Assembly: GCA_039025315.1 (NCBI GenBank)
Contig: JBCCOP010000001.1
Coordinates: 10,201-74,200 of the forward strand
Length of the DNA stretch: 64,000 nucleotides
Reading direction: 5' to 3'
Source: Planctomycetota bacterium
GTDB taxonomy: Bacteria > Planctomycetota > Phycisphaerae > Phycisphaerales > Phycisphaeraceae
Positions 38,845 to 49,399 of this stretch are shown one piece after another (the first letter of the stretch is position 1; each line of letters begins with the position of its first letter). The notes below the pieces were generated by a model, which worked only from the letters and a program-made list of their open reading frames with translations, had not been told where the DNA came from and did not search any database. A program made the translations under genes and the position numbers.

Positions 38845-40350
38845 TTAGTATACGCTGGTAACCCGCTCAAACGCATCCGTAAGCCAGTTGCGACCGACGG
38901 GCCAGCCGTCTTCTCCGGGCGCGTCGTCGGCGACGGCGACACACCAACGCAGGGGCTGTCCAGCGCCCGGCGACTGCAACTCGACCATCAGATCGAACGT
39001 GCCGGCGTCGGCTGACAGTCCGGCGATCTGGTCCTTCGGCCGGGTGCGGTGCAGGGCGGGCACGAAACTGCCGCCGGCGGAATCGATAATCAGTCGGTCC
39101 TGCCACCAAACCCGGACGGGCTGCGGCGTATTGAACATCACGTGGATACGCTGGGCTTCGGCGATCGTGACGCGGTACGCCATACGGAGCACGCCTCCGC
39201 GTTCGGCCACGGTTTCGACGTAGCAGCCGGGAAGAACGGTGGGTTCGGCATCGCCGAAGTCCGGCGGAGACGCGGTATCGGTCGCCGGATGATCGGCCCA
39301 CGCTTTGCGAACCGGGACGCCGAGGTCACGCCAGGCACGTGGGTCGGGGTCGGCACGGGGCAGGGGCGGCGGGTCGGCATGGATTCGGCGGCGCAGGTCG
39401 AGCACGAGGTCGGTAAAGCCGTCGAGTGTGGGGGGATTTTCGACGCCGCGTACGCAAGGGCTGAGGACCAAATCCCGGCCGATCGGTTCGAGCCAGCGGT
39501 CGTCGATGCCCTCGGGATCGAGGATGCCGAGCAGCGCGCCGAGCGTCGCGCCGGTGCAGTCCGTGTCTTGTCCGCAGTTGACGGCGATGCAGATCGCTTC
39601 ACCGAAGTCTTGGCCGGCGAGCCAGCCCAGAACGACGTAGGCGAGGTTGATGACGACGTCGGTGAAATTATCGTTGAGGTACGCCTCGGCGAGCCGGTGC
39701 TGCACTTCACGCCAATCGCCGGTCGCTTCCCACCACGCCCGGGTGTCGATGATCGCGGCGGCGAGTTCGCTGTCGGCGTGGCCGGGCAGGTACAGCAGCG
39801 CCGCGTCGAGGAGGCGGTCGCGGTCCCGCTCGATGAAGGCGAGCGACTCGAGCGCGGCGAGGAAGACGGCCGCGTCGATGCCTTCGTCGGCGTGATCCAT
39901 GCAGGCGTCCTCGTATGCGTATTTCACCGCGAGATCGGGGTTGCCCGGGGCGAGGCAGGCCCACAGCTCCGTACGGATCGCCGCCCCCATGCCGCGGACG
40001 AAGGGGTTGTCGTAAGCCCCGCACTCGGGTGCCCGCAGGCCCAGCTTCAGGTTCCGCTTGACGATGCCGTACTCGTCGGGCGACATGCCGATGTACTCCC
40101 AAGCCGCGCAGAGGGCGCGGCGATCGACGTGCGGCCGATCGCCCATACGGTCCAACAGAAACGCGTAGATCACCTGGAGGTCCAAGTCGTCGTTGGGCAA
40201 CATCTCTTCGGGGACGGGGTCGTAATACGTAAGGTTCAAGACTTCGCGGACACCTTCGTAGGGCATACCCAAGGTGCCGCCGACGGCCTTGCCGAGCCAG
40301 CAGCCGATCATGCGGGGTCGGAGTTCGGTGTCATTGATTGTGGCCAGCAT
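38845..40350 (-). CDS. ADP-ribosylglycohydrolase family protein with C-terminal beta domain
   Basis: GCWLGKAVGGTLGMPYEG, PNDDLD, MGAAIRTELWA, AVNCGQDTDCTGATLGA. Confidence 0.9.
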   Translation of the reverse strand: MLATINDTELRPRMIGCWLGKAVGGTLGMPYEGVREVLNLTYYDPVPEEMLPNDDLDLQVIYAFLLDRMGDRPHVDRRALCAAWEYIGMSPDEYGIVKRNLKLGLRAPECGAYDNPFVRGMGAAIRTELWACLAPGNPDLAVKYAYEDACMDHADEGIDAAVFLAALESLAFIERDRDRLLDAALLYLPGHADSELAAAIIDTRAWWEATGDWREVQHRLAEAYLNDNFTDVVINLAYVVLGWLAGQDFGEAICIAVNCGQDTDCTGATLGALLGILDPEGIDDRWLEPIGRDLVLSPCVRGVENPPTLDGFTDLVLDLRRRIHADPPPLPRADPDPRAWRDLGVPVRKAWADHPATDTASPPDFGDAEPTVLPGCYVETVAERGGVLRMAYRVTIAEAQRIHVMFNTPQPVRVWWQDRLIIDSAGGSFVPALHRTRPKDQIAGLSADAGTFDLMVELQSPGAGQPLRWCVAVADDAPGEDGWPVGRNWLTDAFERVTSVY

Positions 40351-40375
40351 GGGGGGGGATTCCTGGGGCTTAGGT

Positions 40376-41896
40376 TCAGCCGTGCGGCCGCAGCAACAGT
40401 TGGGACGTTTTGGTGGGCTTGGTGACGTTGCGGGCGTACGGCCCGAGCCGATCGATGTCGGCTTGCAATTCGGGGGGGTCCTGGAGGAGCAGACCGGTGG
40501 TGGGGTCTTCGGGGACCCGCCGCTTGGGCCAATCCCGCCAGCCCGTTCGCTCGTCGTTCAGCGTTTCGGTGTAGCCGTCGCGGCGGTAGCGGTCGAGCAG
40601 TTGTTCGCGCAACGCGGCGCAGCGCGGGTCGTCGGGTTCGCTGGATCTTTCGGGGCCGCCGTGGGGTTGATCGAAGAACCACTCTTTGCCGTCGGCTTCC
40701 GATCGGACGTATTTGGTGTCTGCGGTGACGGCCATGTGCAGGCCGAAACCGCCGCGCTGGAAGGTGCTAAAGACGGTCTGGCGTGGTGTTTCGCCGCGGG
40801 CCAGGGCGACGAGATCTACGGCTTCGGGGTGGGGCGCGGGCCGGTCGAGGCCGGCGGCCGTCGCAACGGTGGCGTGGATATCCAGCAATGACGCGGGTGT
40901 GTTGCAGCGATGGCCGGCGGCGACACGACCGGGCCAACTCACCAACAGAGGGACCCGCGCCGCCGCGTCCAGCATGCAGCGCTTACCGAAGCTGCCGTAA
41001 TCGCCCAGCAGTTCGCCGTGGTCGCTGGAGAACAGCACAAGCGTGTCGTCGAGGTCCGAGCCGAGGCTTTCAAGAATACGGCCGACGTGGTAATCGATGT
41101 AGCTAACGCTGGCGTGGTAAGCGGCCCGCATCGCGCCCAGGACGTGGCGGTCCGTGCCGCCGTCGCGCCACTTGTAGCGGTTCTGGGCGTGGTTCCAATA
41201 GGTCAGACAGTCGGCGTGACGATCGGGGAGGTAAGGCGGGTCTGGCTCGTCGCCGCGGTACAACCGGGACCACGGATACGGCGACGCGAAGGGTGGGTGC
41301 GGCCCCACAAAATGGGTGCACAAAAGAAACGGGCGGCGTGTATCGCGCCCGCGGAGGAAATCGATCGACCGGTCCGCGCACCAGCGGGTGTGGTGCAGCC
41401 GCTCGGGGAGTTGCGACGGCTGAGGCAGGTAGTAGAACTCGCTGCGGTAGCCGTAGGGGTCGCGGACGTGTTCGTACCCGTGCGCGTCGAGGAAGCGGGC
41501 GTAGTCGTCTCGTTGCGGATCGCGTGAGCCTTCTTCGGAGGTGTCCCGCGTCTCGAAACCCCAGGGGTCGTAGGCGTCGGGGGTGAAGTGCATCTTGCCC
41601 ACGCCGTGGGTGCGGTAGCCCACGTGGGCGAGGCGTTGCATAAAGCTGGGAACAGGGCGGGACACATCCCAGAGATCGAAGACGCCGCTGACGTGGGGCG
41701 GCATTCCGCTGGCCATAGCGTGTCGGGCCGGGACACAGACCGGTGAGGGCGTGTAAGCGCGGGCGAAAGCTGTGCCCTGCCGACAGAGCTGATCCATGGC
41801 GGGCGTCTTGATCAGCCGGTTGCCTAGCGCAGCGATGGTGTCGGAACGCTGTTGGTCGGTAATCAACAGCAGGATATTGGGGCGATCCAGGGGCAT
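40376..41896 (-). CDS. Formylglycine-dependent sulfatase (S1)
   Basis: PNILLLITDQQR, SPVCVPAR (CxPxR), GKMH, PHPP, SSDHGE, RVPLLV. Confidence 0.95.
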   Translation of the reverse strand: MPLDRPNILLLITDQQRSDTIAALGNRLIKTPAMDQLCRQGTAFARAYTPSPVCVPARHAMASGMPPHVSGVFDLWDVSRPVPSFMQRLAHVGYRTHGVGKMHFTPDAYDPWGFETRDTSEEGSRDPQRDDYARFLDAHGYEHVRDPYGYRSEFYYLPQPSQLPERLHHTRWCADRSIDFLRGRDTRRPFLLCTHFVGPHPPFASPYPWSRLYRGDEPDPPYLPDRHADCLTYWNHAQNRYKWRDGGTDRHVLGAMRAAYHASVSYIDYHVGRILESLGSDLDDTLVLFSSDHGELLGDYGSFGKRCMLDAAARVPLLVSWPGRVAAGHRCNTPASLLDIHATVATAAGLDRPAPHPEAVDLVALARGETPRQTVFSTFQRGGFGLHMAVTADTKYVRSEADGKEWFFDQPHGGPERSSEPDDPRCAALREQLLDRYRRDGYTETLNDERTGWRDWPKRRVPEDPTTGLLLQDPPELQADIDRLGPYARNVTKPTKTSQLLLRPHG

Positions 41897-42076
41897 ATTG
41901 ACGGGTTATTGGGCGTACCCAGCCGGCTGCTACCTCGGGCCGAGGCTCACGGGTCTGCACTTACGGATGCGTTCGCGGTGCGGTCGGGCCGTGTCGTGGT
42001 GTCTAGCCGGGGCGTTTGGTTCTTCTTCCGTGTTTATTTGAAAAAAAGGATTGCAGTTCTCGCTCCGCATGGTAGT

Positions 42077-42111
42077 CTGGATACGTATCCAGTCAAGTGG
42101 ATAGGTATTCA
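42077..42111. promoter_or_regulatory. LacI-type operator pair
   Basis: Perfect palindrome CTGGATACGTATCCAG (42077-42092, central CG) and imperfect TGGATAGGTATTCA (42098-42111) between the divergent sulfatase and LacI genes. Confidence 0.75.
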
Positions 42112-42134
42112 TCTCTGATCCCCATTTGGTCTAC

Positions 42135-43193
42135 ATGATGTCCAGAAGGCCTACCTCACATGACGTTGCCCGCTTGGCCGGGGTGGGTCAAGCCACCGTC
42201 TCCCGAGCCATGTCGGGGACCGGACCCGTTAATGAGGCCACACGCCGGCGGGTCCTCGAAGCGGCCCGGAAGCTGGGGTATCAGCCCAACGCCGCGGCCG
42301 CGTCGTTCAATTCCGGCACGTTTGGCTGCGTCGCGCTGCTGACCGGAATGGAAGTCACCCGCAGCCTCACGCCGGCCATGACCCTGCGGGCGATCGATTC
42401 GGCACTGGCCGAGCTCGGGATGCATCTCACGCTGGCGCAAGTCACGGACGAAAAGCTTTCGGACGAGCGTTTCGTTCCCAAGATCCTCAAATCATGGATG
42501 GCCGACGGGCTGTTGATCACCTACAACGCCCGGGTCCCCGCCACGATGCGGCGGCTGATCGATGAAAACCGCCTGCCTTCGGTGTGGCTCAATTCCGACC
42601 AGCCGACCGATTGTGTCCGTCCCGACGACCAGCAGGCCGGACAACTCGCCACCGAGGTGTTGCTGCACAACGGGCACCGGCGGATCGTCTTTTTGGAGCC
42701 CGGCTCCGAGCGGCGGGGCGGCGTCGTGACCCCGCGGCGTTGGCATTACAGCGTCGCGGAGCGGTTTGCCGGCTATCGCAAGGCGATGACCAACGCCGGG
42801 CTGACCCCGCAGACGGTCACGGTCGAGATCAACCAGGACAGCACCGAACACCTCGTACAGATCGGAGAACTCCTGGCCAACCGCGGCCAGCCCGACGCGC
42901 CGACCGCTTTTGTGGTCTACAACCAAGCGCTGCTGGGCTCGATCGCCATGGTGGCGTCTCAGATCGGCTGTCACATCCCCGAAGACCTTTCGCTGATCAC
43001 GTTTGTCAACGAGTTTCGCCCGGCCGGTTCGTTGCCGGCCGACGCGATCCAGCTGCCCGACACCGAACTGGGGCAGGTGGCCGTCGAAATGCTCATCGAG
43101 AAAATCCGCACCCAACGCGGTCCGTCACAGCCCAGGCTGCTGGCGGTGAAATACGTCCCCGGTTTGACCTGTCGTGCGGTGGCTGGCCGCTAG
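42135..43193 (+). CDS. LacI family transcriptional regulator
   Basis: TSHDVARLAGVGQATVSRAM HTH, LGYQPNAAA, PTAFVVYN, IPEDLSLI. Confidence 0.93.
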   Translation: MMSRRPTSHDVARLAGVGQATVSRAMSGTGPVNEATRRRVLEAARKLGYQPNAAAASFNSGTFGCVALLTGMEVTRSLTPAMTLRAIDSALAELGMHLTLAQVTDEKLSDERFVPKILKSWMADGLLITYNARVPATMRRLIDENRLPSVWLNSDQPTDCVRPDDQQAGQLATEVLLHNGHRRIVFLEPGSERRGGVVTPRRWHYSVAERFAGYRKAMTNAGLTPQTVTVEINQDSTEHLVQIGELLANRGQPDAPTAFVVYNQALLGSIAMVASQIGCHIPEDLSLITFVNEFRPAGSLPADAIQLPDTELGQVAVEMLIEKIRTQRGPSQPRLLAVKYVPGLTCRAVAGR

Positions 43194-43242
43194 CCGCCGC
43201 GGTTTCTCATTCCTTTTGCGCTGCTTGTTATCAGGAGACGAA

Positions 43243-44031
43243 ATGATGTACGGATTGGTAAAGAAGGCCACTCTCCCCACGGTGTTCGCGAGTGTCGGAT
43301 CGGTCGGGGCGTACGCCGCGCCGATCACCGTGAACGATACGTTCGACTACGTCGATCAATCCGCGTTCGACGCGGTTTATACCACGACGACCACCGGGCC
43401 CGGCACCGGTTCGGTCAGCCTGAACCCCAACACCAACCAGAACGACGTCGACCTCTCGGTCACCGGTCTCACGGGCACTTCGGCCCGTTTTACCAACACA
43501 TCGACCGACTTCGTGCTCACCAGCAGCGACGGTGCCGATCTGACCTTCACGACCGATGTCCCGTTCAGTAATTTCGGTCGTGCTCGGATCGGGCTCTCGT
43601 CCGTGGACGACAGCTCGGACCAGATTATCCTCGAAATCTATGGCAACAACGGCGGGGATCAGACGGCCGCGTTGATCTCGATCTTCCGAACCGTCGACGG
43701 GGTAAACACATCGATCGGCGCGGCCGCGACCAACCTGGGTCGAGTCGGCACCTTCAGCCTCGAGATCGGCGAAACGACCGTTACCGCCTTGAAGGACGGA
43801 GCCGAGATCACCGGCCTGATCGACTTGACCCACAATTTGGATTACACCAACTTCACCAGCGGCGCGAACGTTTTTGTGGAACTAGAAGCACAGAGCAATA
43901 GCGCGACCGCGACCCGGAGCCTCACCGTTGACGACTTGATCGTGACCGCGGTGGTCCCCGAGCCTTCTACCCTTAGTCTCGCCACGCTCGGCGTTGTCGC
44001 CGTGGTCGTTCGCCGGCGCAGAGCACACTGA
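43243..44031 (+). CDS. PEP-CTERM sorting domain protein
   Basis: AGGAG RBS, signal peptide AYA-A, Thr/Ser-rich beta domain, VPEPSTLSLATLGVVAVVVRRRRAH. Confidence 0.92.
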   Translation: MMYGLVKKATLPTVFASVGSVGAYAAPITVNDTFDYVDQSAFDAVYTTTTTGPGTGSVSLNPNTNQNDVDLSVTGLTGTSARFTNTSTDFVLTSSDGADLTFTTDVPFSNFGRARIGLSSVDDSSDQIILEIYGNNGGDQTAALISIFRTVDGVNTSIGAAATNLGRVGTFSLEIGETTVTALKDGAEITGLIDLTHNLDYTNFTSGANVFVELEAQSNSATATRSLTVDDLIVTAVVPEPSTLSLATLGVVAVVVRRRRAH

Positions 44032-44181
44032 TCGCATCTTACCCCGACCCCGACGCGCCCACCGCGCGTCAGGGTCTTCATCGAATCAAATCCCTAAGCG
44101 TACGCCTCCGCCCGATTCGACTTAGTTGCTCAAGCCAGCCTTTGTCACGTCGTGGCCGCCTTCATTTCGGAGATTCTTCAG

Positions 44182-44913
44182 ATGAGTCCTCAAAACAGAC
44201 CCGCCTTCACGCTGATTGAATTGCTCGTGGTCATCAGCGTCATCGCACTACTCGTCGGCCTGCTGCTGCCCGCCTTGTCGTCAGCCCGGGCGAGTAGCCG
44301 GTCCATTGCCTGCTCGTCCAATCTCAAACAGATCGGTATCGCCCACGCCGCCTACGTGGTCGATTACGACGGCTGGGCAACGCCGTACTTCGTTGATCTC
44401 GGCGGAGGTAACTTTTTCCCTTGGTACCGTACGTTATGGGACGGCGGCTACTTCCCGACGCAGGGAACCGGCAACTCGGGAGACGGAGGGGACGTCAACG
44501 ACGCGAGCATCATCAAATGCCCGGAGATCTTTCAGTACAACCGCGACACCATGGCCCACCAGTGGAAATACAACGGGTCGTACTTGGGCAACGGCCGTCT
44601 GGTCGGAACGGCGCAGGTCGTGCACGGTACGTTCAATTACGTGGGATCGATCCGTGTCGAATTCTTGACCAAGCCGACCGCGCTCTTGCATTTCACCGAC
44701 AACAACGCGAACGAGCAAAACAAGATCCAATCGCCGTTACAACTGACCAACATCGTCAACGAGCGAATCATCGATTTTCGCCACCTCGGTAACGCCAACT
44801 GGCTAGCCTACGACGGGCACGTCGAAGCCGTCGATCTCGATGAAATCACGGCCGAACCGCTCAACGCCACAGTGTCGGTCTGGACACGAGAGCACACGTT
44901 CCGGGCTTACTGA
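44182..44913 (+). CDS. Prepilin-type N-terminal cleavage/methylation protein (DUF1559 / H-X9-DG type)
   Basis: [50 protein letters not shown]. Confidence 0.92.
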   Translation: MSPQNRPAFTLIELLVVISVIALLVGLLLPALSSARASSRSIACSSNLKQIGIAHAAYVVDYDGWATPYFVDLGGGNFFPWYRTLWDGGYFPTQGTGNSGDGGDVNDASIIKCPEIFQYNRDTMAHQWKYNGSYLGNGRLVGTAQVVHGTFNYVGSIRVEFLTKPTALLHFTDNNANEQNKIQSPLQLTNIVNERIIDFRHLGNANWLAYDGHVEAVDLDEITAEPLNATVSVWTREHTFRAY

Positions 44914-44953
44914 TACTTTTGTCCAACCGCGCTTTCAACAGGAGACCGCAAGC

Positions 44954-46579
44954 ATGACGTCGCGTCTTATTGATCGGTGTGCGCACTTGGCCCGACCGGC
45001 TTTGACGGCCGGGTGCGGCGCAGTGATCACGGCGGCCGCTACCACCGTCCACGCCCAGAACCGACCGTTCGTGCCCGGCGGCTTCGAAGACGAAGGGCTC
45101 GTCCTGCCGCCCCGGGAAACGCTCGACGCGGCGTCGCCTGTCCTGGTCCGAATCGACAACAACGCCGAGGGGCACCCGGTATACCCGGCGATCCTCGGGA
45201 CCAACCACGTCTGGTACTGGTCCGAACGCTTCGCCGGCGTCGCTCCGGGCGAGTACAACCAGGCCTACTTCGACGCCCTCGGCGAGTTCCCGATGCCGCT
45301 CGCGCGGATGGCGGGAACCGATTCGCAGATGTTCAACTGGCGGCTGGCCGTGGGCCCGCTCGAACAACGCGAACTCCAGAAAACCCGGAACCACGACCCC
45401 AAACCGAACCATATCAACTACGGCCCGCTCGAGTGGGTCGAATCGATGATGGCGTTCAACCCCGAGGTGCGGTTCGCTTGGGTCCTCAACTTCCTGGAAG
45501 ACAGCCCCCGAGACCACGGCGATCTGGCGGAGCTGCTCGTCGGTGTTGTCGGCGAGAACCGCAACGGCGGCAAGGACTGGGCGCAGGTTCGGGCCGACTA
45601 CGGCCTGACCGAACCGATTGATGTGCAGGTCTGGGAGCTGGCCAACGAACTCGAGCACGACCGCTGGGAGGTCAGCTACGAGATGTACCGCGACTGGTGC
45701 GTCGCGGCGATCCGGGCGATCCGCGAAGTCGACCCCGACGCGCGGTTCGCGGCTCTGGCGGCGACCTCGCCCTGGCGGCCGACTCGCGACCCGCACGTGG
45801 ATTGGCGGCAGTGGCACCGCGACATCCTGAAGGACTTCGGCAAAGAGCTCGACTACCTCGTATTCCACCCGTACTACCACGGCGTGCACACCGTCCACAT
45901 GGACCGTTACATCGGTGAGATCGAAAAGGACATCATCAAAGCGTTTGGCCCGGATCGCATCAAGCTTTACATTTCGGAGCACGCCCGCTGGCCTTCGCGG
46001 AGCGAGCCGACGCCAACCCACCCCCGCGGCGTGCTGCAGTCCGTTGAAACCCACAACCTCGAGGGGACGCTGGCGACATCGGAGTTCCTCAACCAGCTCT
46101 TCAACAACCCCATGGTCACCGCCGCGGGGTACCACTCGCTCTCCGGCGGCCCCTGGCACGTCATCAATCAAGACGGACGCGGCGGCGAGTTCTACACCAC
46201 AGGCATCCACGACCTCTTTGTCTTCTACGACCAAGCCCTGGGCGATCGGGTTTTGCCGACCCGAACCCGCGGCGAGCAGACCGACCTCACCGACCGGTCT
46301 CTGAGTTTCACGAGCCTGGCGATGGGCGACGGCGCGGCGATCCATCTGCTGCTGACAAACCGCGACGGCGAGTTCGGGCGGACCGCCCGGATCGACCTGA
46401 GCGGTCAGTACACCATCGGGTCCTGCCGCGTACTCACCGGCGAAGACCTGCAAAGTTTCAACGGGCACAATCGCAGGCAGATCGGCGTTGCCGAGCCGTC
46501 CGTGGATGGGCTTAGCCTCGACGCGTTCTACGTGCCTCCGCACTCGATCGTCATGCTCCGCCTGGAACCGGCGGGATGA
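44954..46579 (+). CDS. Secreted clan GH-A glycoside hydrolase, GH51 (alpha-L-arabinofuranosidase)-like
   Basis: Signal peptide VHA-Q; WELANE acid/base, FHPYY, LYISEH nucleophile, C-terminal VPPHSIVML beta-sandwich. Confidence 0.8.
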   Translation: MTSRLIDRCAHLARPALTAGCGAVITAAATTVHAQNRPFVPGGFEDEGLVLPPRETLDAASPVLVRIDNNAEGHPVYPAILGTNHVWYWSERFAGVAPGEYNQAYFDALGEFPMPLARMAGTDSQMFNWRLAVGPLEQRELQKTRNHDPKPNHINYGPLEWVESMMAFNPEVRFAWVLNFLEDSPRDHGDLAELLVGVVGENRNGGKDWAQVRADYGLTEPIDVQVWELANELEHDRWEVSYEMYRDWCVAAIRAIREVDPDARFAALAATSPWRPTRDPHVDWRQWHRDILKDFGKELDYLVFHPYYHGVHTVHMDRYIGEIEKDIIKAFGPDRIKLYISEHARWPSRSEPTPTHPRGVLQSVETHNLEGTLATSEFLNQLFNNPMVTAAGYHSLSGGPWHVINQDGRGGEFYTTGIHDLFVFYDQALGDRVLPTRTRGEQTDLTDRSLSFTSLAMGDGAAIHLLLTNRDGEFGRTARIDLSGQYTIGSCRVLTGEDLQSFNGHNRRQIGVAEPSVDGLSLDAFYVPPHSIVMLRLEPAG

Positions 46580-46697
46580 ATTGTGGCGTCGGCTGCGGCT
46601 GCAGATCCGCCTTCCGGCGGCCGGTATTTCGACACAACGCGGTCGAGCCATCCATTGCCGTGAGGCATCGGCATTCCTCAACCCAGGGATCCGCGTC

Positions 46698-48302
46698 ATG
46701 ATTCGTTCAATCGGACTTGGTTTATCGGCTTTCTTGTGTACCGCCGTCATCGACACCGCATCGGCTGACCCGCTGAGCCCCAACTTCGGCGGTCTCCGCG
46801 CCCTTCCGGCGGATTACTTCGGTGTCAACCAGAACACGGTGCAGAACCCGGCCTGGCGTAGCAATCCGGGCGGGACGCAGCTGATCGAAGACCTGAATTT
46901 CACGTCGGTTCGCTACCCCGGGGGCACGGTCTCGAGCTACTTTCAGTGGTGGACCGGCACCTCGCCGCAGGGTTCGCCGGGACGCCCCGAATTCAAATAC
47001 GAGCTCGAAGACCTGAGCTTTCTTTACGAACAGACCGGCACCACGCCGATCTTCGTGCTCAACATGATCAACGGCGGCGGCCTCGATCGGCAGATCGAAC
47101 AGCTTACCGAGGCCGCGGCGTTGGGTGTGCCGATTCGGCGTGTCGAACTCGGTAACGAGTACTACCTAGACGACGACCATTGGGCTTCGGTGTATCCCGA
47201 CGGACAGAGTTACGGGACCACCGCCAAGGACTGGGCCGCCGAGATCCGCCGGCAGTTCCCCGAGGCCGAGATCGCCGCGATCGGGGCGGTGCAGATCGGC
47301 AGCACCGACCCAGATTCCCGGCGGGGCAAATGGAACCGCGAGGTCTGGCAGACGCTCCAGACCAGCGACATCGACGCGATCACGCTCCACTACTACACCG
47401 GCTCGGGCTTGTTCGGCGGCCGGGTCAACGCCCCAAATAAGTGGGGCTCGCCCGAAGAGCAGGCGAGCCAGTACGACAAGTTCCTCGCCCCCGACGGCCC
47501 GGACGTCTTCATCCGCTCGGCGTTTCAGTACCTCGACTCCGTTGAGCGCAACACCGAGATCCCCGGCGGCCCGGACCTGTGGATCACCGAGCACAGCCTG
47601 TTCGACCGCAACGGCACGGTCCGGCATACCTGGGCCCACGGCATGTTCACCGCCGCGCTGCAGATGCAGATGCTTCAGGACTTCCGCGTCACCCAGACCT
47701 CTTACCACAACCTATACAACCAGGCGAAAATGTTCGGCTTGTCTTTCGACTCGGCGAGCGATTTCGACGGACTGGATCCGTCTCTGCCCATCACCCAGGA
47801 CTTCAACCCGCTGACCTATCAGCCCCAGCAGTATGACCTGACCTCGTCGGGGCACGCGATGAAGATGTTTGGCAAAGCCCTCGACGGGGCCGACCGGGTC
47901 CAGAAGATCTGGTTCAGCGACCCGGACAACTGGGTCACGGTTGAGGGCGATCGCCACCCCGCGATCATGGCCGTCCGCATCTTCGACGACGACACCGAAG
48001 AACGCCGGGTCCTAATTTTAAACTTGTCGGGCGACGACCGGCCGTTTGACACGTCCCTGTGGGTCGACGGCAACTCGTTACTCGAGATGCTCTACGCCGA
48101 CCCCCGGCTGCACATCACCCACCCGTCGCTCTTTACCGAGACGCTCGGCGAGGTCCTCGACACGACGCTCCTGCCCGCGTATTCGATTACGCTGATCACT
48201 GATCCCGTTGGGTCGGGCGTCGTACCAGAACCCACCGCCGCGACGCTTCTTGTCACCACGCTGGCCCTCGTCGGCGTCCGCCGCCGTACTCGCGCTACAT
48301 GA
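46698..48302 (+). CDS. Clan GH-A glycoside hydrolase (GH51/GH79-like) with PEP-CTERM anchor
   Basis: [32 protein letters not shown], then [22 protein letters not shown]. Confidence 0.82.
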   Translation: MIRSIGLGLSAFLCTAVIDTASADPLSPNFGGLRALPADYFGVNQNTVQNPAWRSNPGGTQLIEDLNFTSVRYPGGTVSSYFQWWTGTSPQGSPGRPEFKYELEDLSFLYEQTGTTPIFVLNMINGGGLDRQIEQLTEAAALGVPIRRVELGNEYYLDDDHWASVYPDGQSYGTTAKDWAAEIRRQFPEAEIAAIGAVQIGSTDPDSRRGKWNREVWQTLQTSDIDAITLHYYTGSGLFGGRVNAPNKWGSPEEQASQYDKFLAPDGPDVFIRSAFQYLDSVERNTEIPGGPDLWITEHSLFDRNGTVRHTWAHGMFTAALQMQMLQDFRVTQTSYHNLYNQAKMFGLSFDSASDFDGLDPSLPITQDFNPLTYQPQQYDLTSSGHAMKMFGKALDGADRVQKIWFSDPDNWVTVEGDRHPAIMAVRIFDDDTEERRVLILNLSGDDRPFDTSLWVDGNSLLEMLYADPRLHITHPSLFTETLGEVLDTTLLPAYSITLITDPVGSGVVPEPTAATLLVTTLALVGVRRRTRAT

Positions 48303-48380
48303 CCCCTGCGTTGCGTTACCCGTTGACCTGCCCACATGGACGGTAAGCAGCGGGGCGGGCTGTCCGGCTGTGCCGAACTC

Positions 48381-48461
48381 AAGGGGCTGTACTATGACGC
48401 CGAGGCAGCGACGGGCTATGTCCGCGACCGCAACATGTTTGCCGGCGAACAGAAGTGGCCC
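48381..48461 (+). pseudogene. Possible RHS-repeat-associated core fragment
   Basis: [26 protein letters not shown] is in exact register with the RHS core pattern G.YYDAE....Y.R.R........W; it is cut by the IS end. Confidence 0.45.
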
Positions 48462-48465
48462 ATCA

Positions 48466-48899
48466 GTCAGTACGGACATTTATTTCTGGCGTCCCGATGC
48501 GTCGATGTGTTTGATTTGGCCCATGAGGGCCATCATGCGACGACGCCACGCGCTCACCGACGAGCAACGGGACCAGATCAGGGGTCACCTGCCGGGTAAA
48601 GCGAGCGACCCCGGCCGGACCGCCGCCGACAACCGCCTGTTTGTGAACGCGGTGTTTTTTGTACTCAAGACCGGTATCCCTTGGGCCGACCTGCCCGCCC
48701 GCTTCGGCAAGCCCAACACCGTCTGGAAGCGGTACGACCGCAAGCGTTTCAAGCGTCGGAACCTGGTCGAACGCTTCTTCCGAGCGATCAAGGGCTGCCG
48801 CCGCGTCGTCATCCGCTACGAATAGAAGGCCGCCAACTTCGTCTCGTTTGCCTGGCTCGCCGCAGGCCTCGCAGGGATGACCTGAATATCCGCACGGCT
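48466..48899 (+). mobile_element. Internally deleted IS5-family (IS427-group-like) element
   Basis: ATG 48535: [49 protein letters not shown] joined to [20 protein letters not shown]-stop-KAANF; degenerate terminal IRs GTACGGACATT / AATATCCGCAC. Confidence 0.85.
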
Positions 48900-49399
48900 T
48901 AGGGCGTGGGCAACCGGGTCTTGAGCCAGCCAGGCACGCCCAAGTTGAGGCTCGCCCAATAAGGACAGGCTTGTTGGCTCGATCGGTTGTCGGTCCGAGC
49001 TGGGCGCCTCGCTCAAAAGCTACGGCCGACGAGCCGTTTAAATCATAACCCGGGTCCGATTTCTTCTTCGCATGTCAATAAGTTAAGCTACTTGTCCAGG
49101 ACGCCCGAGGTCCCTGAGTTAATCACGATTCTGTCCTCTAAGAATTCTGCCTGTACGGTGATGTTTTGAAGAAAAATGAGCGCGCCCATCGGTGGATATC
49201 CGGCACCTACATTCCGGAACGGCCGGGTTTGCTCAATGGACAGCAATCCCTGCGAAACTAATTAGTTAACGAGCTGGAATGGCGTGGGCACGGATCGGTA
49301 ATCCGATAAGCAAGTGAGTTCATTTATTCAACGTGTGGTGGACTTGGTTGAGACTAATTTGTTTCGAATCCAGTGACCTGATTTTTTGGGGCTTTATGC

